Virus record (IMG/VR): IMGVR_UViG_3300048929_000185
Location: 59,207-123,206 of that record
Reading direction: 5' to 3' (one strand)
DNA: 64,000 nucleotides
Source of the DNA: a virus
In this document: piece after piece, positions 50,235 to 60,704 of the stretch
How positions within the stretch are numbered: the stretch's first letter is position 1
How the letters are laid out: the number at the start of each line of letters is the position of its first letter
Translations under genes and position numbers: made by a program
The notes under the pieces: model-generated
Database searches by the model: none
What the model saw: only the letters and a program-made list of their open reading frames with translations
Told to the model about the DNA's origin: nothing

Positions 50235-53071
50235 TGAATATTTCTTTCAACTCTTATAATGAGGCAAATAAGCCAAGAGTATTCTTATCACTTCCTAATA
50301 GAAAATTTATCGCAAACACGGAGTTAAACGTAAAGAATTTAGTTACCACGTTTCGCACAAAAAACGGGATATCATACATTTCGTTTAGAATATATAAGTA
50401 TTCAAACATGCAAGAAAATGATGGTTACGACCAAATTGTTGTTGAAAGATATATTTGGCTTGAAGATCTTGGTTGGTATAGGATTACAAACATAGACATA
50501 AAAGACGATGGTGAAAATCCATATAAGGAAGTAAAGTGTTCAGACTTAACGATTGAATTAAAGTACACAAAATTGACCTCATTTGGCTCTATGGGAACAT
50601 CGACTGATGAACAAGGCGGATTAGATAGGTATGCATTATATGACGCAGACGATCAAGCTCATAGTATCGCTCATATTTTTATGGTGAAAAATCCATCATG
50701 GACATTTAAATACATAGACGATGCTATTTCAAAAAACCACAGAAGCTTTGATGTAGATAGTATATCATCTTATGAGTTTTTAACCGGAAGCGTGGCTGAA
50801 TCTTTTGAGTGTATATTTACTTTTGATAGCAACGACAGAACGGTTAGTGCTTATAAGGTAGAAAATCTTGGTAAAAAGATCCCTCTCCTACTCTCCTTTT
50901 ATAATTTAATAAAGGAAATAGACATTTCATGGGATTCAGATGATATAAGAACCGTTCTGCATGTTTCAGGCGGTAATGATGCTACTGGAACTGCTTTATC
51001 TATAGCGGGTGTCAATCCAGCGCTAAACGATTCCGTTAGTAACTTCTCATTCTTTTATAACTCTATGAGTGCTGCACTTGTTGCAAAGCTTCAAGAGTAC
51101 TATCAGCAAATGGAAAATGCTGACGGATTAATTGCCACTGCCCTATCACAATTGAAGGTTTTGCAAGACGCATTAGCTGTTTTAAATAGCCACGACCCGT
51201 CCAGCCAGTCAAGTACAACATGGTCAGAATACGGACTTGTACAATTAAAGACGAAGGCGGCTGAATATCTAAACAATATGTCTGTTGCGTCAGATGGCAA
51301 CTTGGCTGACCCCATTATAAAGCAACAATATGATAATTACAATGCTTTGTATACCGCGGTTAATAACGAAATAAAAACTCGACAGATACAGATAACAGCC
51401 AAAGAAGCTGAAATTACAGCTAAAAAGACGGAAGCAAGTTCTTATGGTGTTAGTCTTTATGAAGTGCTCGGAAACGACTTATATAATGAATTGCAACCAT
51501 TTATAAAAGAAGACACTTTATGCGACGACTCTTTCATAGTTACATCTTCTATGACGGATAACGATATACTTGATATGAAAAAAGCGTTATATAATCATGG
51601 AGTTACCGAGTTAAATCGTATTTGTTATCCACAATTTGATATGACTATAAATTCAGTAAATTTTGCGGTATTGAAAAAGTATCAGGAAGAAGTAAGTAAA
51701 CTTGAAATAGGCGATATATTAACCCTCCAGTTAGATGATGACAATTTTATTGAAGCAAGATTGCTGGAGATGGAATTAGATTGGGAAGACTTTACGAAAT
51801 TCAATCTTAAATTCAGTTCAAAAACAAGTCTTGAAGATGGATTTTTTGAGTACGATCAGCTGTATAAAATGGCAGATAGTGCAAATTCTACAATCACACA
51901 TCGAAAGTCTGGATATGACGGAGTGACAAAACAGGCAAATGAAGCTTATTTTGCTACGCAGAAAGAATTTCTTGATTTAAGTTTGCAACAGATTGTTAGT
52001 AATGGCACAAATCAAGACGTTAGTGTTGATCAAACTGGAATCCTTTTGAAGAAATGGCTACCAGATGAAAATAAGTATGCTCCTGAGAAAATGTGGATTA
52101 CAAACAGACAAATATTGTTATTTGAAGAACCGGACGGAACCAATTTAAAGACGCCAAAACTTGCTATAGGTAAAGTATATGTAACGAAGAATGGAGTGAC
52201 CACTTCATTTTACGGGGTTTCGGCGGATGTCGTGTACGGAAAAATGTTTTTTGGTCAATCTCTCACTATTCAGAATACAAATAACACGCTTACTATGGAC
52301 GAGAATGGATTTAAAGCAGCTTCCACAAACGGTTTCTCTGTAAAGATTAATCCGGATACTCCAGATGACATATTTACAATCTCTGAAAACTCTACAAAGC
52401 TCATGTATATAGACGCTACAAATAGAAAGTTAGTATTCAAGGGTCGTATCGAAGCCAATGAGGGATTAATAGGAAACTGGACTATCGGAGCAAACGCGCT
52501 AACCTCCGGTGGAGTTGGAATGAGTTCCTCTACTGCTACCAATGCTATTTCGTTTTGGGCGGGTAATACTACTCCTACTTCTGCTCCGTTTTGGGTCAAC
52601 AATGCGGGCAAGCTTCACGCTTCTAATATAGAAGTAACTGGTGGTACGCTTTCAGTGGGAAGTAAATTTAGTGTTGCTAATGATGGAACGCTTACTGCCG
52701 TAAATGGTAATTTCTCCGGAGCCATTACTGGTGGAACAATTAATATTAATAGCAGATTCTTTTATGTGAGTGATTATGAAATTTATATGGGTGATTTCTA
52801 TATGACGTATACCGATCGTGCACTATTCATGTCTACCGACCAATATTCTGGAATGTCTGCAAGCACAGGATCGAATAGATTTGCTTTGTGGGGTGGGTTT
52901 AATGGCGGAAGTCCAACATCTATTTCTAACTACATTTTTGCTGTAAGTGGAGAAAAGGTTTATGCCAATGACATAAGAATCACTGGAGATTCATGGTGGG
53001 GAGGAGAAGACTGGACAATAACCAAAACAATGAAGTGGCTTGATGATAGGATCAGTGCATTGGGTGGCTGA
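50234..53071 (+). CDS. Tail-associated hub/spike protein (Tal-like)
   Basis: Follows Dit; FECIFTFDS, LEIGD; C-terminal Gly-rich beta repeats. Confidence 0.75.
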   Translation: MNISFNSYNEANKPRVFLSLPNRKFIANTELNVKNLVTTFRTKNGISYISFRIYKYSNMQENDGYDQIVVERYIWLEDLGWYRITNIDIKDDGENPYKEVKCSDLTIELKYTKLTSFGSMGTSTDEQGGLDRYALYDADDQAHSIAHIFMVKNPSWTFKYIDDAISKNHRSFDVDSISSYEFLTGSVAESFECIFTFDSNDRTVSAYKVENLGKKIPLLLSFYNLIKEIDISWDSDDIRTVLHVSGGNDATGTALSIAGVNPALNDSVSNFSFFYNSMSAALVAKLQEYYQQMENADGLIATALSQLKVLQDALAVLNSHDPSSQSSTTWSEYGLVQLKTKAAEYLNNMSVASDGNLADPIIKQQYDNYNALYTAVNNEIKTRQIQITAKEAEITAKKTEASSYGVSLYEVLGNDLYNELQPFIKEDTLCDDSFIVTSSMTDNDILDMKKALYNHGVTELNRICYPQFDMTINSVNFAVLKKYQEEVSKLEIGDILTLQLDDDNFIEARLLEMELDWEDFTKFNLKFSSKTSLEDGFFEYDQLYKMADSANSTITHRKSGYDGVTKQANEAYFATQKEFLDLSLQQIVSNGTNQDVSVDQTGILLKKWLPDENKYAPEKMWITNRQILLFEEPDGTNLKTPKLAIGKVYVTKNGVTTSFYGVSADVVYGKMFFGQSLTIQNTNNTLTMDENGFKAASTNGFSVKINPDTPDDIFTISENSTKLMYIDATNRKLVFKGRIEANEGLIGNWTIGANALTSGGVGMSSSTATNAISFWAGNTTPTSAPFWVNNAGKLHASNIEVTGGTLSVGSKFSVANDGTLTAVNGNFSGAITGGTININSRFFYVSDYEIYMGDFYMTYTDRALFMSTDQYSGMSASTGSNRFALWGGFNGGSPTSISNYIFAVSGEKVYANDIRITGDSWWGGEDWTITKTMKWLDDRISALGG

Positions 53072-53148
53072 TATTATTGACTAACTTTTAGGATAGTATT
53101 ATAATAAACATACAAACTATAATATTATCTTATAAAAGGAGTGGAGTT

Positions 53149-53901
53149 ATGAAAAAATCAAAAATAATCATAATATCATTAATGTTATCAGTATCATTTT
53201 GCTTAAATGCCTTTGCAGGAGAATGGAAATCTGACAATAATGGTTGGAGATATCAAGAGGACAATGGCTCATGCACCACAAATACATGGAAAGAAATTAA
53301 TGGTAAATGGTACTATTTCAATGAAGGAGGATATATGTTAAGCAACACGGTTACTCCAGATGGATATTCCGTTAATGAATCAGGAGAATGGGTGCAGACA
53401 AAAGAAACAGTTGATACAACCACAACAGTAAACAAATACGTTTTTAGTACACAAGACAAGTGGGTTAATAAAGGAGATATACCAGAAGGCGAGTATCTTT
53501 ATTACCCTGGAGATCAATATAGATCATATGTGGTTAAGGGTTCTTCTAGCCCTATGAGTAATTTTAATTATGTAAAGCTATATAAAGATGATATTGTAAA
53601 TGCTGGAACCTATATTCCCACGTCTGATGTTAAAAATTTAGACATTAGCAAAGAAGGAATGTTCTTAGTAGGGAGGGACATTAAGGCAGGAACCTATAAT
53701 TTAACACCAACAAAAGCGGTTGGTGGTCGTGCCGAATGTATGGTATTTAACTCGATTCCATCAAGCAAAGATACATCGACAGAGCAAAAAAATATAGATC
53801 AAGATTTCTTTGTATTCAAAAATATGAACAACTCAGTAACGGTTAAAGACGGGCAATATGTACAGATTATTGAATGTACCGCAAATTTTGTAAGACCATA
53901 A
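53149..53901 (+). CDS. Secreted cell-wall-binding protein (moron)
   Basis: Signal peptide ending AFA-GEW, WYYFNEGGYM repeat, GRDIKAGTY domain; own promoter (TTGACT..TATAAT) and terminator. Confidence 0.8.
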   Translation: MKKSKIIIISLMLSVSFCLNAFAGEWKSDNNGWRYQEDNGSCTTNTWKEINGKWYYFNEGGYMLSNTVTPDGYSVNESGEWVQTKETVDTTTTVNKYVFSTQDKWVNKGDIPEGEYLYYPGDQYRSYVVKGSSSPMSNFNYVKLYKDDIVNAGTYIPTSDVKNLDISKEGMFLVGRDIKAGTYNLTPTKAVGGRAECMVFNSIPSSKDTSTEQKNIDQDFFVFKNMNNSVTVKDGQYVQIIECTANFVRP

Positions 53902-53962
53902 TATATTTAGAGAGTAGGTAAAACTGCTCTCTTTTTATATGTAAAGCTGAAAGGAGTTTTAT

Positions 53963-54100
53963 ATGTCAATTAAACAAGCAATGATAGATCTTAATGAGAA
54001 AATGAATGAAATAGAAGAAGAAAAATTGAGAGAAAAGGAATCCGAAGAGATTAAAGAAGAAATAGATTATTTATGTCAAATTCTTGGTAAAATATTTTAG
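53963..54100 (+). CDS. Small acidic coiled-coil protein (45 aa)
   Basis: AAAGGAG RBS; read manually. Confidence 0.55.
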   Translation: MSIKQAMIDLNEKMNEIEEEKLREKESEEIKEEIDYLCQILGKIF

Positions 54101-54201
54101 GCTTTTATTAGTTACTCTCTTATCGAAAACATGTTCCTGTAGAAATATGGAAAATTATGGTATATAATTAGAAGTATTACTGATGATAGGGGAATGGGAG
54201 C

Positions 54202-54660
54202 ATGACAAACAAATTTGAGAATCTATATAAGTGGTCAGCGCATAAACTAAGATTACAGGAAAAATTTTTTAAAAACGATCAAAAGAAGGCGAAATATCCA
54301 AGAGGTGCAATATATGCATGTTATCTTGGTGAAAACATAGGACATGAAAAAAGCAGACTTGAAGCACGTCCATGTTTAATTGTATCCAGCAATGGAATTA
54401 ATTATAAAAGTACTAACGTAATCATCGTACCTTTGTCGAAAGATATAAAATATAAAGATGATTCTAGTACAGAATTGAAATATGATTGGCATTATGTTTT
54501 GTACAAAACTAAATATAATAAACTTAGCTTTGATTCTGCAATTCAATGTGAGGATATACGATGTGTTTCAAAGTCAAGATTTGGAAAGTTTATTACTAAA
54601 ATATCTGATGATGATATGTCGGAAATAAAAAAGCGTTTAAAAAGTACTTTACAAATTTGA
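54202..54660 (+). CDS. PemK/MazF-family endoribonuclease toxin
   Basis: RGAIY..LGENIGHEKS..RPCLIVS..VIIVPLS..CEDIRCVSKSR. Confidence 0.9.
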   Translation: MTNKFENLYKWSAHKLRLQEKFFKNDQKKAKYPRGAIYACYLGENIGHEKSRLEARPCLIVSSNGINYKSTNVIIVPLSKDIKYKDDSSTELKYDWHYVLYKTKYNKLSFDSAIQCEDIRCVSKSRFGKFITKISDDDMSEIKKRLKSTLQI

Positions 54661-54682
54661 TGTAATAGAATATAATCTAATT

Positions 54683-54868
54683 ACAGGATAAATATATTTT
54701 ATATAGCCTTCCTTAAGCTTAAGTTATAAATGTATGGCAATTGCCGATATTTACAAAAGCAGCTTATGTTCGTTGGCTCATGACAAGTTTGAATAGGGAT
54801 GGCATAATCCCACCTGCGATTTTTATATTAAATAGAAAAGCACTTGCTTAACGGTAGGTGCTTTTCTA
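54683..54868 (+). ncRNA. Candidate antitoxin sRNA (pemK-motif-like) downstream of toxin
   Basis: Promoter TTTACA-17-TATAAT at 54648-54676 overlapping the toxin stop; ORF-less; ends in terminator AAAAGCACTTGC..GTAGGTGCTTTT. Confidence 0.55.
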
Positions 54869-54996
54869 TGTATAAAATTATTATATTCCATACCCTCAGA
54901 AATAATCCACAATTTTACAATTTAATATTATTTTTCATTTTTATCCTCTAAGTTAGAATGGAGCCAGTCTACTTAATGTAGGTGGCTCTTTTTGCG

Positions 54997-55599
54997 TTAA
55001 TCAGAAATGTCTTTATATTTGCTTAAAATGTCAGATACAAATTTATCGGCCTTATAGTCATCTGGTACTCCAAAGATATCATATCTAGCAGCTAGCCACA
55101 AATCATAAAGATCACTATACTCGGCACCTTGTAATACGGGCAAACTATCTGAATTTGGTTGAAGATATATTTCTAAATCCATTTCCTCAAATCTTCCGTG
55201 CCTCGTAGTGTACTGTGCTACTAGATAAAGATATCCCCCCGCTAAGTCCGCCCAGAGAATTTCACGTTCGTCTTGATAAATTTCAAGGTTTTCAATATCA
55301 GTGGGAAAAGAAAACATTTCTCCATCGTTCCACACAATTTTTTTAGTTTGTGTAAGTTTTAATAACAGCGGGATTAAGCTTTCCTCATCCTGTCTACGCA
55401 TTTTTCTTCCAACTAATCCATCTAGCGAGACATAAAAAAAATTTGCAATGTCTATTATTTTGCTCAAAGATGGATCTGCGTTAGCCCATCTGCTTATTAA
55501 GCCAGATCCAAAACCAAGATCTTTTTCAAGTTTAGAAATTGGAATATTGTTGGTTTTACAAAGATTTTTTATATTAGACACAAGTAACTCGTTATCCAA
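54997..55599 (-). CDS. XRE-family HTH repressor
   Basis: IKNLCKTNNIPISKLEKDLGFGSGLISRW..PSLSKIIDIANFFYVSLDGLVGR. Confidence 0.88.
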   Translation of the reverse strand: MDNELLVSNIKNLCKTNNIPISKLEKDLGFGSGLISRWANADPSLSKIIDIANFFYVSLDGLVGRKMRRQDEESLIPLLLKLTQTKKIVWNDGEMFSFPTDIENLEIYQDEREILWADLAGGYLYLVAQYTTRHGRFEEMDLEIYLQPNSDSLPVLQGAEYSDLYDLWLAARYDIFGVPDDYKADKFVSDILSKYKDISD

Positions 55600-55850
55600 A
55601 TAATTACCTCCATTTCTGATTTTGATTCAAATTTGTATTATTTTCATTTTTTATATTGACAATTTTGTAAATTAGCCATATAATGATTATAATACATATT
55701 TGTATTAATTTCAACAGAAAATCCTTGCTCCACCGACCAAAGTTAAGCAAGGATTAAGGAAGTGTACTATAATACGCTTCATATTATACATAAGGTATTA
55801 TAGCACACTTCTTCTGAGATAATCAATATATTTTTAGAAGGAGGCTCAAT

Positions 55851-56564
55851 ATGGGCGAATTAGTGGAAGTAAATGGGGTTAGTTTTAAATCTAAAATTTG
55901 GAACGGGCAACGCGTGATAACATTTGCAGATGTTGACTTGGTACATGACAAGGTCGAAGGTACGGCAAAGGCAAGATTTTACAAGCATAAAGACAGATTT
56001 GTCGAGAATGAGGATTACTTTGTAATAAAACCCGCCGATGCTCTAAAGTATACCAAAGATACTTTAGGAATTGAAAAGATTCCAAATAGGGGGCTTGTTC
56101 TACTTACCGAATCTGGATATTTGATGACAGTAAAAACTTACGATGATGATATTGCATGGAGTGTTCAGCGTAAACTGGTTAATTCGTATTTTAAGCTGCA
56201 AGAAATTGCAAGCGAATCTATAGAAGTTCAAGCATTACAATATGATTTATCGGTAATGTTTGTTCAAGTAAATAATATGGAAAACATGCTCGAAGAACAA
56301 TCAGAACTGCTCTCTTCCGTCATGGATAATATGACTATCTCCACTCGTCAGCAAGAGAAGATTCTAAAAGCTACTCGAGACAGAGTTAATCATTTACTTG
56401 GCGGTGCGCACTCTGCTGAATACTTGTTAATGGGTCGCACTTACTTGGCGAATCTATGGAATAATTTCAAGTCAGAGTTACATTGTGGTAGTAGTTACAA
56501 GGATCTTAACCCAGCAGATTTTAATAAGGCTTTAGACTGGATTGGGGAATGGCAATACATATAG
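55851..56564 (+). CDS. Antirepressor (ORF6N + ORF6C domains)
   Basis: WNGQRVITFADVDLVH..RFVENEDYF..LLTESGYLM..AWSVQRKLVNSYF; SYKDL..F..ALDWI. Confidence 0.85.
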   Translation: MGELVEVNGVSFKSKIWNGQRVITFADVDLVHDKVEGTAKARFYKHKDRFVENEDYFVIKPADALKYTKDTLGIEKIPNRGLVLLTESGYLMTVKTYDDDIAWSVQRKLVNSYFKLQEIASESIEVQALQYDLSVMFVQVNNMENMLEEQSELLSSVMDNMTISTRQQEKILKATRDRVNHLLGGAHSAEYLLMGRTYLANLWNNFKSELHCGSSYKDLNPADFNKALDWIGEWQYI

Positions 56565-56865
56565 CTTTAAATCAGAGTAGGACTAATCACCTACTCTTTT
56601 AATTATGTTTTGACAAAATATACTTGAGATATTGAGATTCTGGTGTGTAAAAATAATACTTTTGTTGATATCTATAGTTTACTGCGATAAGTATATTATC
56701 TTTATACTCTATAGTGACATATATTTTGTACGTTTAAAGTTACAATATGAGTACTTATATGTTGATTATTATCGAGAGAGGTGATATACTTTGAACAAGA
56801 GGGAAATGAGATGTCAAAAGGCTGATGAAAAATGCGACGATGAATCAATCAAGGAGGTGTATGGT

Positions 56866-57033
56866 ATGGCTACTCTAGCGAAACCAACAAATAGAATGTT
56901 TATTGTCAAAGAAAAGGATGCAAAAAACTTTATAGAAGATCTAAATAAAAGCATCGCATCTAAAGAACTACTAGAATCGTGTAAAAAAGCTGGAAAATTA
57001 TTCGGAATAGGAAAAAATGACAAGTGTCAGTAA
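56866..57033 (+). CDS. Small putative antitoxin (MATLAKPTNR...)
   Basis: AAGGAGGTG RBS; overlaps the GNAT gene. Confidence 0.55.
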   Translation: MATLAKPTNRMFIVKEKDAKNFIEDLNKSIASKELLESCKKAGKLFGIGKNDKCQ

Positions 57034-57656
57034 ATTCGAGTGTACATAGATTTATCAAAAACTTCAATCCAGTTGTTAAAAATTTAAATTATATCAGCGA
57101 GGATTTGTTGCGTCAATTTGATGCCGGATGTTCTAATTTCCCTTTTAATGAATTTATATCAGATGATGCTAAAAATTGTGCTAAATCTGGAGAAGGCGTT
57201 ACTTATGTAGTACTTAATAAAATAAATGAAAAAGAAGAAGTAGTTTCATACTACACTTTATTATCCACGGCTCTACCATATGAAAGCAAAATAGAATTAG
57301 AACCAGATGAAGTTATCAACGATGAAAAATATGATATAAAAATTTGTGGAATACCTGCAATCGAAGTAAAAATGTTTGCTGTGGCAGAAAAATATCAAGA
57401 TGTTTTTTATGAATATGATAACGAGTCAAAGCCAATTTCGGCATGGATTCTAAATAGTATGATTGAATCTGCGAAGATTATGATGACTTCAATAGTTGGA
57501 TTTAAAGTACTATTTTTACATTCGGTTCCAAGCGCTGTAGAATTTTATAAGAACAATGGATTCCGTCCAGTAAAGGAAGGAATGAAACCATTATATTGCA
57601 TAGATGACGACTTAGATCCGATGTATTTAGCTTTGAAAGAAATCTGTATGTGCTAA
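57024..57656 (+). CDS. GNAT acetyltransferase (putative toxin)
   Basis: VVSYYTL, PAIEVKMFAV..YQ, LHSVPSAVEFYKNNGF. Confidence 0.8.
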   Translation: MSVNSSVHRFIKNFNPVVKNLNYISEDLLRQFDAGCSNFPFNEFISDDAKNCAKSGEGVTYVVLNKINEKEEVVSYYTLLSTALPYESKIELEPDEVINDEKYDIKICGIPAIEVKMFAVAEKYQDVFYEYDNESKPISAWILNSMIESAKIMMTSIVGFKVLFLHSVPSAVEFYKNNGFRPVKEGMKPLYCIDDDLDPMYLALKEICMC

Positions 57657-58090
57657 TCAAATAGTATTTGGAGCCAGGCTACCGATCTGGCTCTTTTTTG
57701 TATATCATTTTATCAATAAAACCACTCTTTCACTGCTACAAATTAATGAATCTTAAGATTTTATTATCCTAATTGACAATTTATGGACAATATGCTATAG
57801 TAATCACATAACAATTAATGGAATATTCTTGCAAAAGAGGAGAAATCATATGAACGATATGATCTCCTCTTTTTGTGTGGGAGGGTGATGTGATTGCAGT
57901 GTTAATCGAATCAGAATGTTACGAGTTGGATAAAATGTGAATATAGATATAGTGGCTCGATTGATTTGGTGACTATTTTATCTTTGAGTTATACGCCAAA
58001 GAAATCCTATCGATTAGTTAAGTCGCCGAATAAACAAGACATTACATAAATACTCCATCGTCGCTAATCTCATATTGCTGGAGGTGTAAA

Positions 58091-58291
58091 ATGGGTAGGA
58101 TTTGTGTATGTTGTTATTACAAGTGTGTCGTGGTTAAATTAGATCCGTTTTGTGAATCATCTGTTGTCTTGGATAAAAACTGTGCTCAGTGTGAGTTGAG
58201 TAAGTTAAAGAGTGAAGTAAAGCAAAACTATCCAAGCAAGAACGGATACGTGAGCATATTTAGAAAACAAAACATGTATTTGGAAAATTGA
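58091..58291 (+). CDS. Small Cys-rich hypothetical protein
   Basis: GGAGGTG RBS; CVCC..CAQC; followed by a terminator. Confidence 0.5.
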   Translation: MGRICVCCYYKCVVVKLDPFCESSVVLDKNCAQCELSKLKSEVKQNYPSKNGYVSIFRKQNMYLEN

Positions 58292-58378
58292 ATATTGGTT
58301 AATTTTGAGAGTCTATAGTCCCCCCCCCGCTGTAGGCTCTTTTTTTGTTGCGCAAAAATATATGAAATTAAGAAGGGA

Positions 58379-58570
58379 ATGGTGATTTTGACTGAGAATA
58401 ATCAGATCGTAATTAAGGCATCTAATGCCAGAAAACTATTAAAGATGGGGTTTAAGATTGTTGACGTAAAACCACAGAAACAAGAGGATGGTACTATTGA
58501 TTTTACGAGGTGCGTTTTTGTTTTTGAGGGCAAGGAGGGATTAAATAAAGCAATCAAAACCCTTATATGA
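58379..58570 (+). CDS. DUF5659-like small protein
   Basis: ARKLLKMGFKIVDVKP..VFVFE. Confidence 0.7.
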   Translation: MVILTENNQIVIKASNARKLLKMGFKIVDVKPQKQEDGTIDFTRCVFVFEGKEGLNKAIKTLI

Positions 58571-58589
58571 AACTATAAGGAGAACAATA

Positions 58590-59135
58590 ATGAATGATTC
58601 AAAACAAATATTATCTATAATGGTTGATCCGCAAACCGGGGAAATAACAGACAGCTTCCGAGATGGAGACTCATATAAAAAATATACACGAGAAGATAAA
58701 GATAAAATAAGAAAATTTTTGAAAGAAAATGATGAATGTGAGCCATTCAATGAGGGGGTTAGTTTTGTGAAACTTTATGATGACGTACTAGATGATTTAA
58801 GTGAATGTCTTACGAGTGCCGAATTTGAATTTGCTATAAGACTAGCAAAACATGTGTCATACAAAGATTGTATATTGAGAACAAATGGTAATCCGAATGG
58901 GAAAATATTAAATGCTCAAGATTTGGCTGAATTAATGAAATCAGATCCATCGGCGGTGAGAAGAAATATATCATCTCTTATAAAGAAGGGAGTTCTAGGG
59001 AAGCACGTTACTGGTTGTAGAGATAATCCCAATATTCAAATAAAAGCAATTACTTGCAATCCTTACATATTTTCTAGGGGAAATAAATTAAACCCTACTG
59101 CTGTTTCGTTATTTGCTAATAGTAGGTGGAAATAA
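58590..59135 (+). CDS. RepL-like / winged-HTH replication-maintenance protein
   Basis: VDPQTGEI, FVKLY, DLAELM..VRRNISSLIKKG, NPYIFSRG. Confidence 0.7.
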   Translation: MNDSKQILSIMVDPQTGEITDSFRDGDSYKKYTREDKDKIRKFLKENDECEPFNEGVSFVKLYDDVLDDLSECLTSAEFEFAIRLAKHVSYKDCILRTNGNPNGKILNAQDLAELMKSDPSAVRRNISSLIKKGVLGKHVTGCRDNPNIQIKAITCNPYIFSRGNKLNPTAVSLFANSRWK

Positions 59136-59303
59136 AAAAAGAAGATAAAGAAGGGAAAACGCTTAAAAATAGCGTCAAACCCTTTATTTATATGACTTTC
59201 AGCGTTTTTAAAATGTGCGAAATTTCAACATATAAAAAATATACGCTTAAATTCTGCACATTTTGGATAAGTATAAAAAACAATAATATTTAAACAGGAG
59301 GAT

Positions 59304-59711
59304 TTGAATTTGAAATTAAAAATATGTGAAATAGTAAATATGTCTAATGCAATACATGGTTTATCAAATACGAAAGTTCCACCAGAATTAAGTTTATGGG
59401 TATTTAACAACTTTAGAGCAATCGATGCCTATTGTACTTATAATGGGAATGAACAGAAAAAAATAGCCGAGGAATATTTGACAAAATCTCCAGACGGAAG
59501 CTATGGAAAAATTCTTGAAGATGGTACTTTTTCTATGAATTATAAAGACAAAGAATCAAAAGAAAAATATCAAGACGAGATTGAAAAATTAGGAGAACAA
59601 GAGGTAGAAATAGTTCCAGACATTCTTGATTATAATAAGTTTGTCAAAGATAATCCCACGTTTATGTTAGAACCAAAATATTTACTGGCACTCAATAAAT
59701 TTATTAAATAA
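59304..59711 (+). CDS. Tail-cluster hypothetical protein
   Basis: AGGAGG RBS; TTG start. Confidence 0.65.
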   Translation: MNLKLKICEIVNMSNAIHGLSNTKVPPELSLWVFNNFRAIDAYCTYNGNEQKKIAEEYLTKSPDGSYGKILEDGTFSMNYKDKESKEKYQDEIEKLGEQEVEIVPDILDYNKFVKDNPTFMLEPKYLLALNKFIK

Positions 59712-59748
59712 GGAACAATGATCTGGGCGCAAATAGCGCTCTTTTTTA

Positions 59749-60690
59749 TTGCAAAAACACCAATGGAAGGAGGGTTTTATTTTGATTGCTAGAAGGATTA
59801 TAAGGGCGGATCTATCGCAAGATTTAAACAATTTATATTTTTTATCAAATCAGTATGACGATTATTCACGTAAGTATCGTGTGATTATTACTAATAATGG
59901 AATATTGCAACCATTTACGGCACAAAAGCCCATTCGATTAATAATGAAAGCAGAGAATGAATCTGCGCCATATTATGATGACTATTTAAAGAGTGATGAA
60001 TGGGAGGATGGATTCCCAGTGGTGACATTTACAGCTTCGATGTTGTCAAAGGTAGGAAATATAGACTTTCAGTTTATCATATACGAGCCGGGAAGTCCAG
60101 AATCTGTATCAACTAGACAACAGCATTTAAAAATAAAAGAGTCTTTGATTGATTACGATGGAATTATTGCGAGTCAAGAATTTAATTTTCTTACCGATCT
60201 GATTGCGCAAGCAACTACAATTCCAGCTTTAATTATCGATATTAATACAAGTATCGAAGAAGTAACGGCAAAGATTGCAGAAGTGAATACTAAGTTGGCA
60301 CTGTATGAAACACAGATGCAAACATACGCTACCGAATTTGCAGAGATGCAAACAGAACAACAGGCGGTAATTAATGCATTGCATGCTTATATGGAAAGTG
60401 TTGAAAATACTGCGGCGGCTAGTGCAAAACTTTCTGAGTCTTGGGCAATTGGACACACTGGAACGAGAGTTGGCGAAGACACTAATAATAGCAAGTATCA
60501 TAGCGATCAATCTAAAGCGGAGGCAGATAGGGCTAAAACAGAAGCTGATAAAGCGGCAGTTTACGCCGAAATCACAATCCCATCTTTTGTTACAGATTTA
60601 ATAACTGGACATCTTACTTATTCAGACGATTCCAGTTTGATTTTTAATGCAAATCATGCAACTGGGCACTTATTATATAATCCAGCTTAA
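59749..60690 (+). CDS. BppU-like baseplate upper protein
   Basis: QYDDYSR N-terminal domain, coiled coil, SESWAIG..TNNSKY; true start probably near 59782-59785. Confidence 0.7.
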   Translation: MQKHQWKEGFILIARRIIRADLSQDLNNLYFLSNQYDDYSRKYRVIITNNGILQPFTAQKPIRLIMKAENESAPYYDDYLKSDEWEDGFPVVTFTASMLSKVGNIDFQFIIYEPGSPESVSTRQQHLKIKESLIDYDGIIASQEFNFLTDLIAQATTIPALIIDINTSIEEVTAKIAEVNTKLALYETQMQTYATEFAEMQTEQQAVINALHAYMESVENTAAASAKLSESWAIGHTGTRVGEDTNNSKYHSDQSKAEADRAKTEADKAAVYAEITIPSFVTDLITGHLTYSDDSSLIFNANHATGHLLYNPA

Positions 60691-60704
60691 AGGGAGGAAT
60701 TTAC

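Noticed and set aside
43323-52611. Numerous antisense or alternate-frame ORFs within TMP, Tal and other long genes
   Set aside because: Shadow ORFs of long coding sequences with no RBS or motifs
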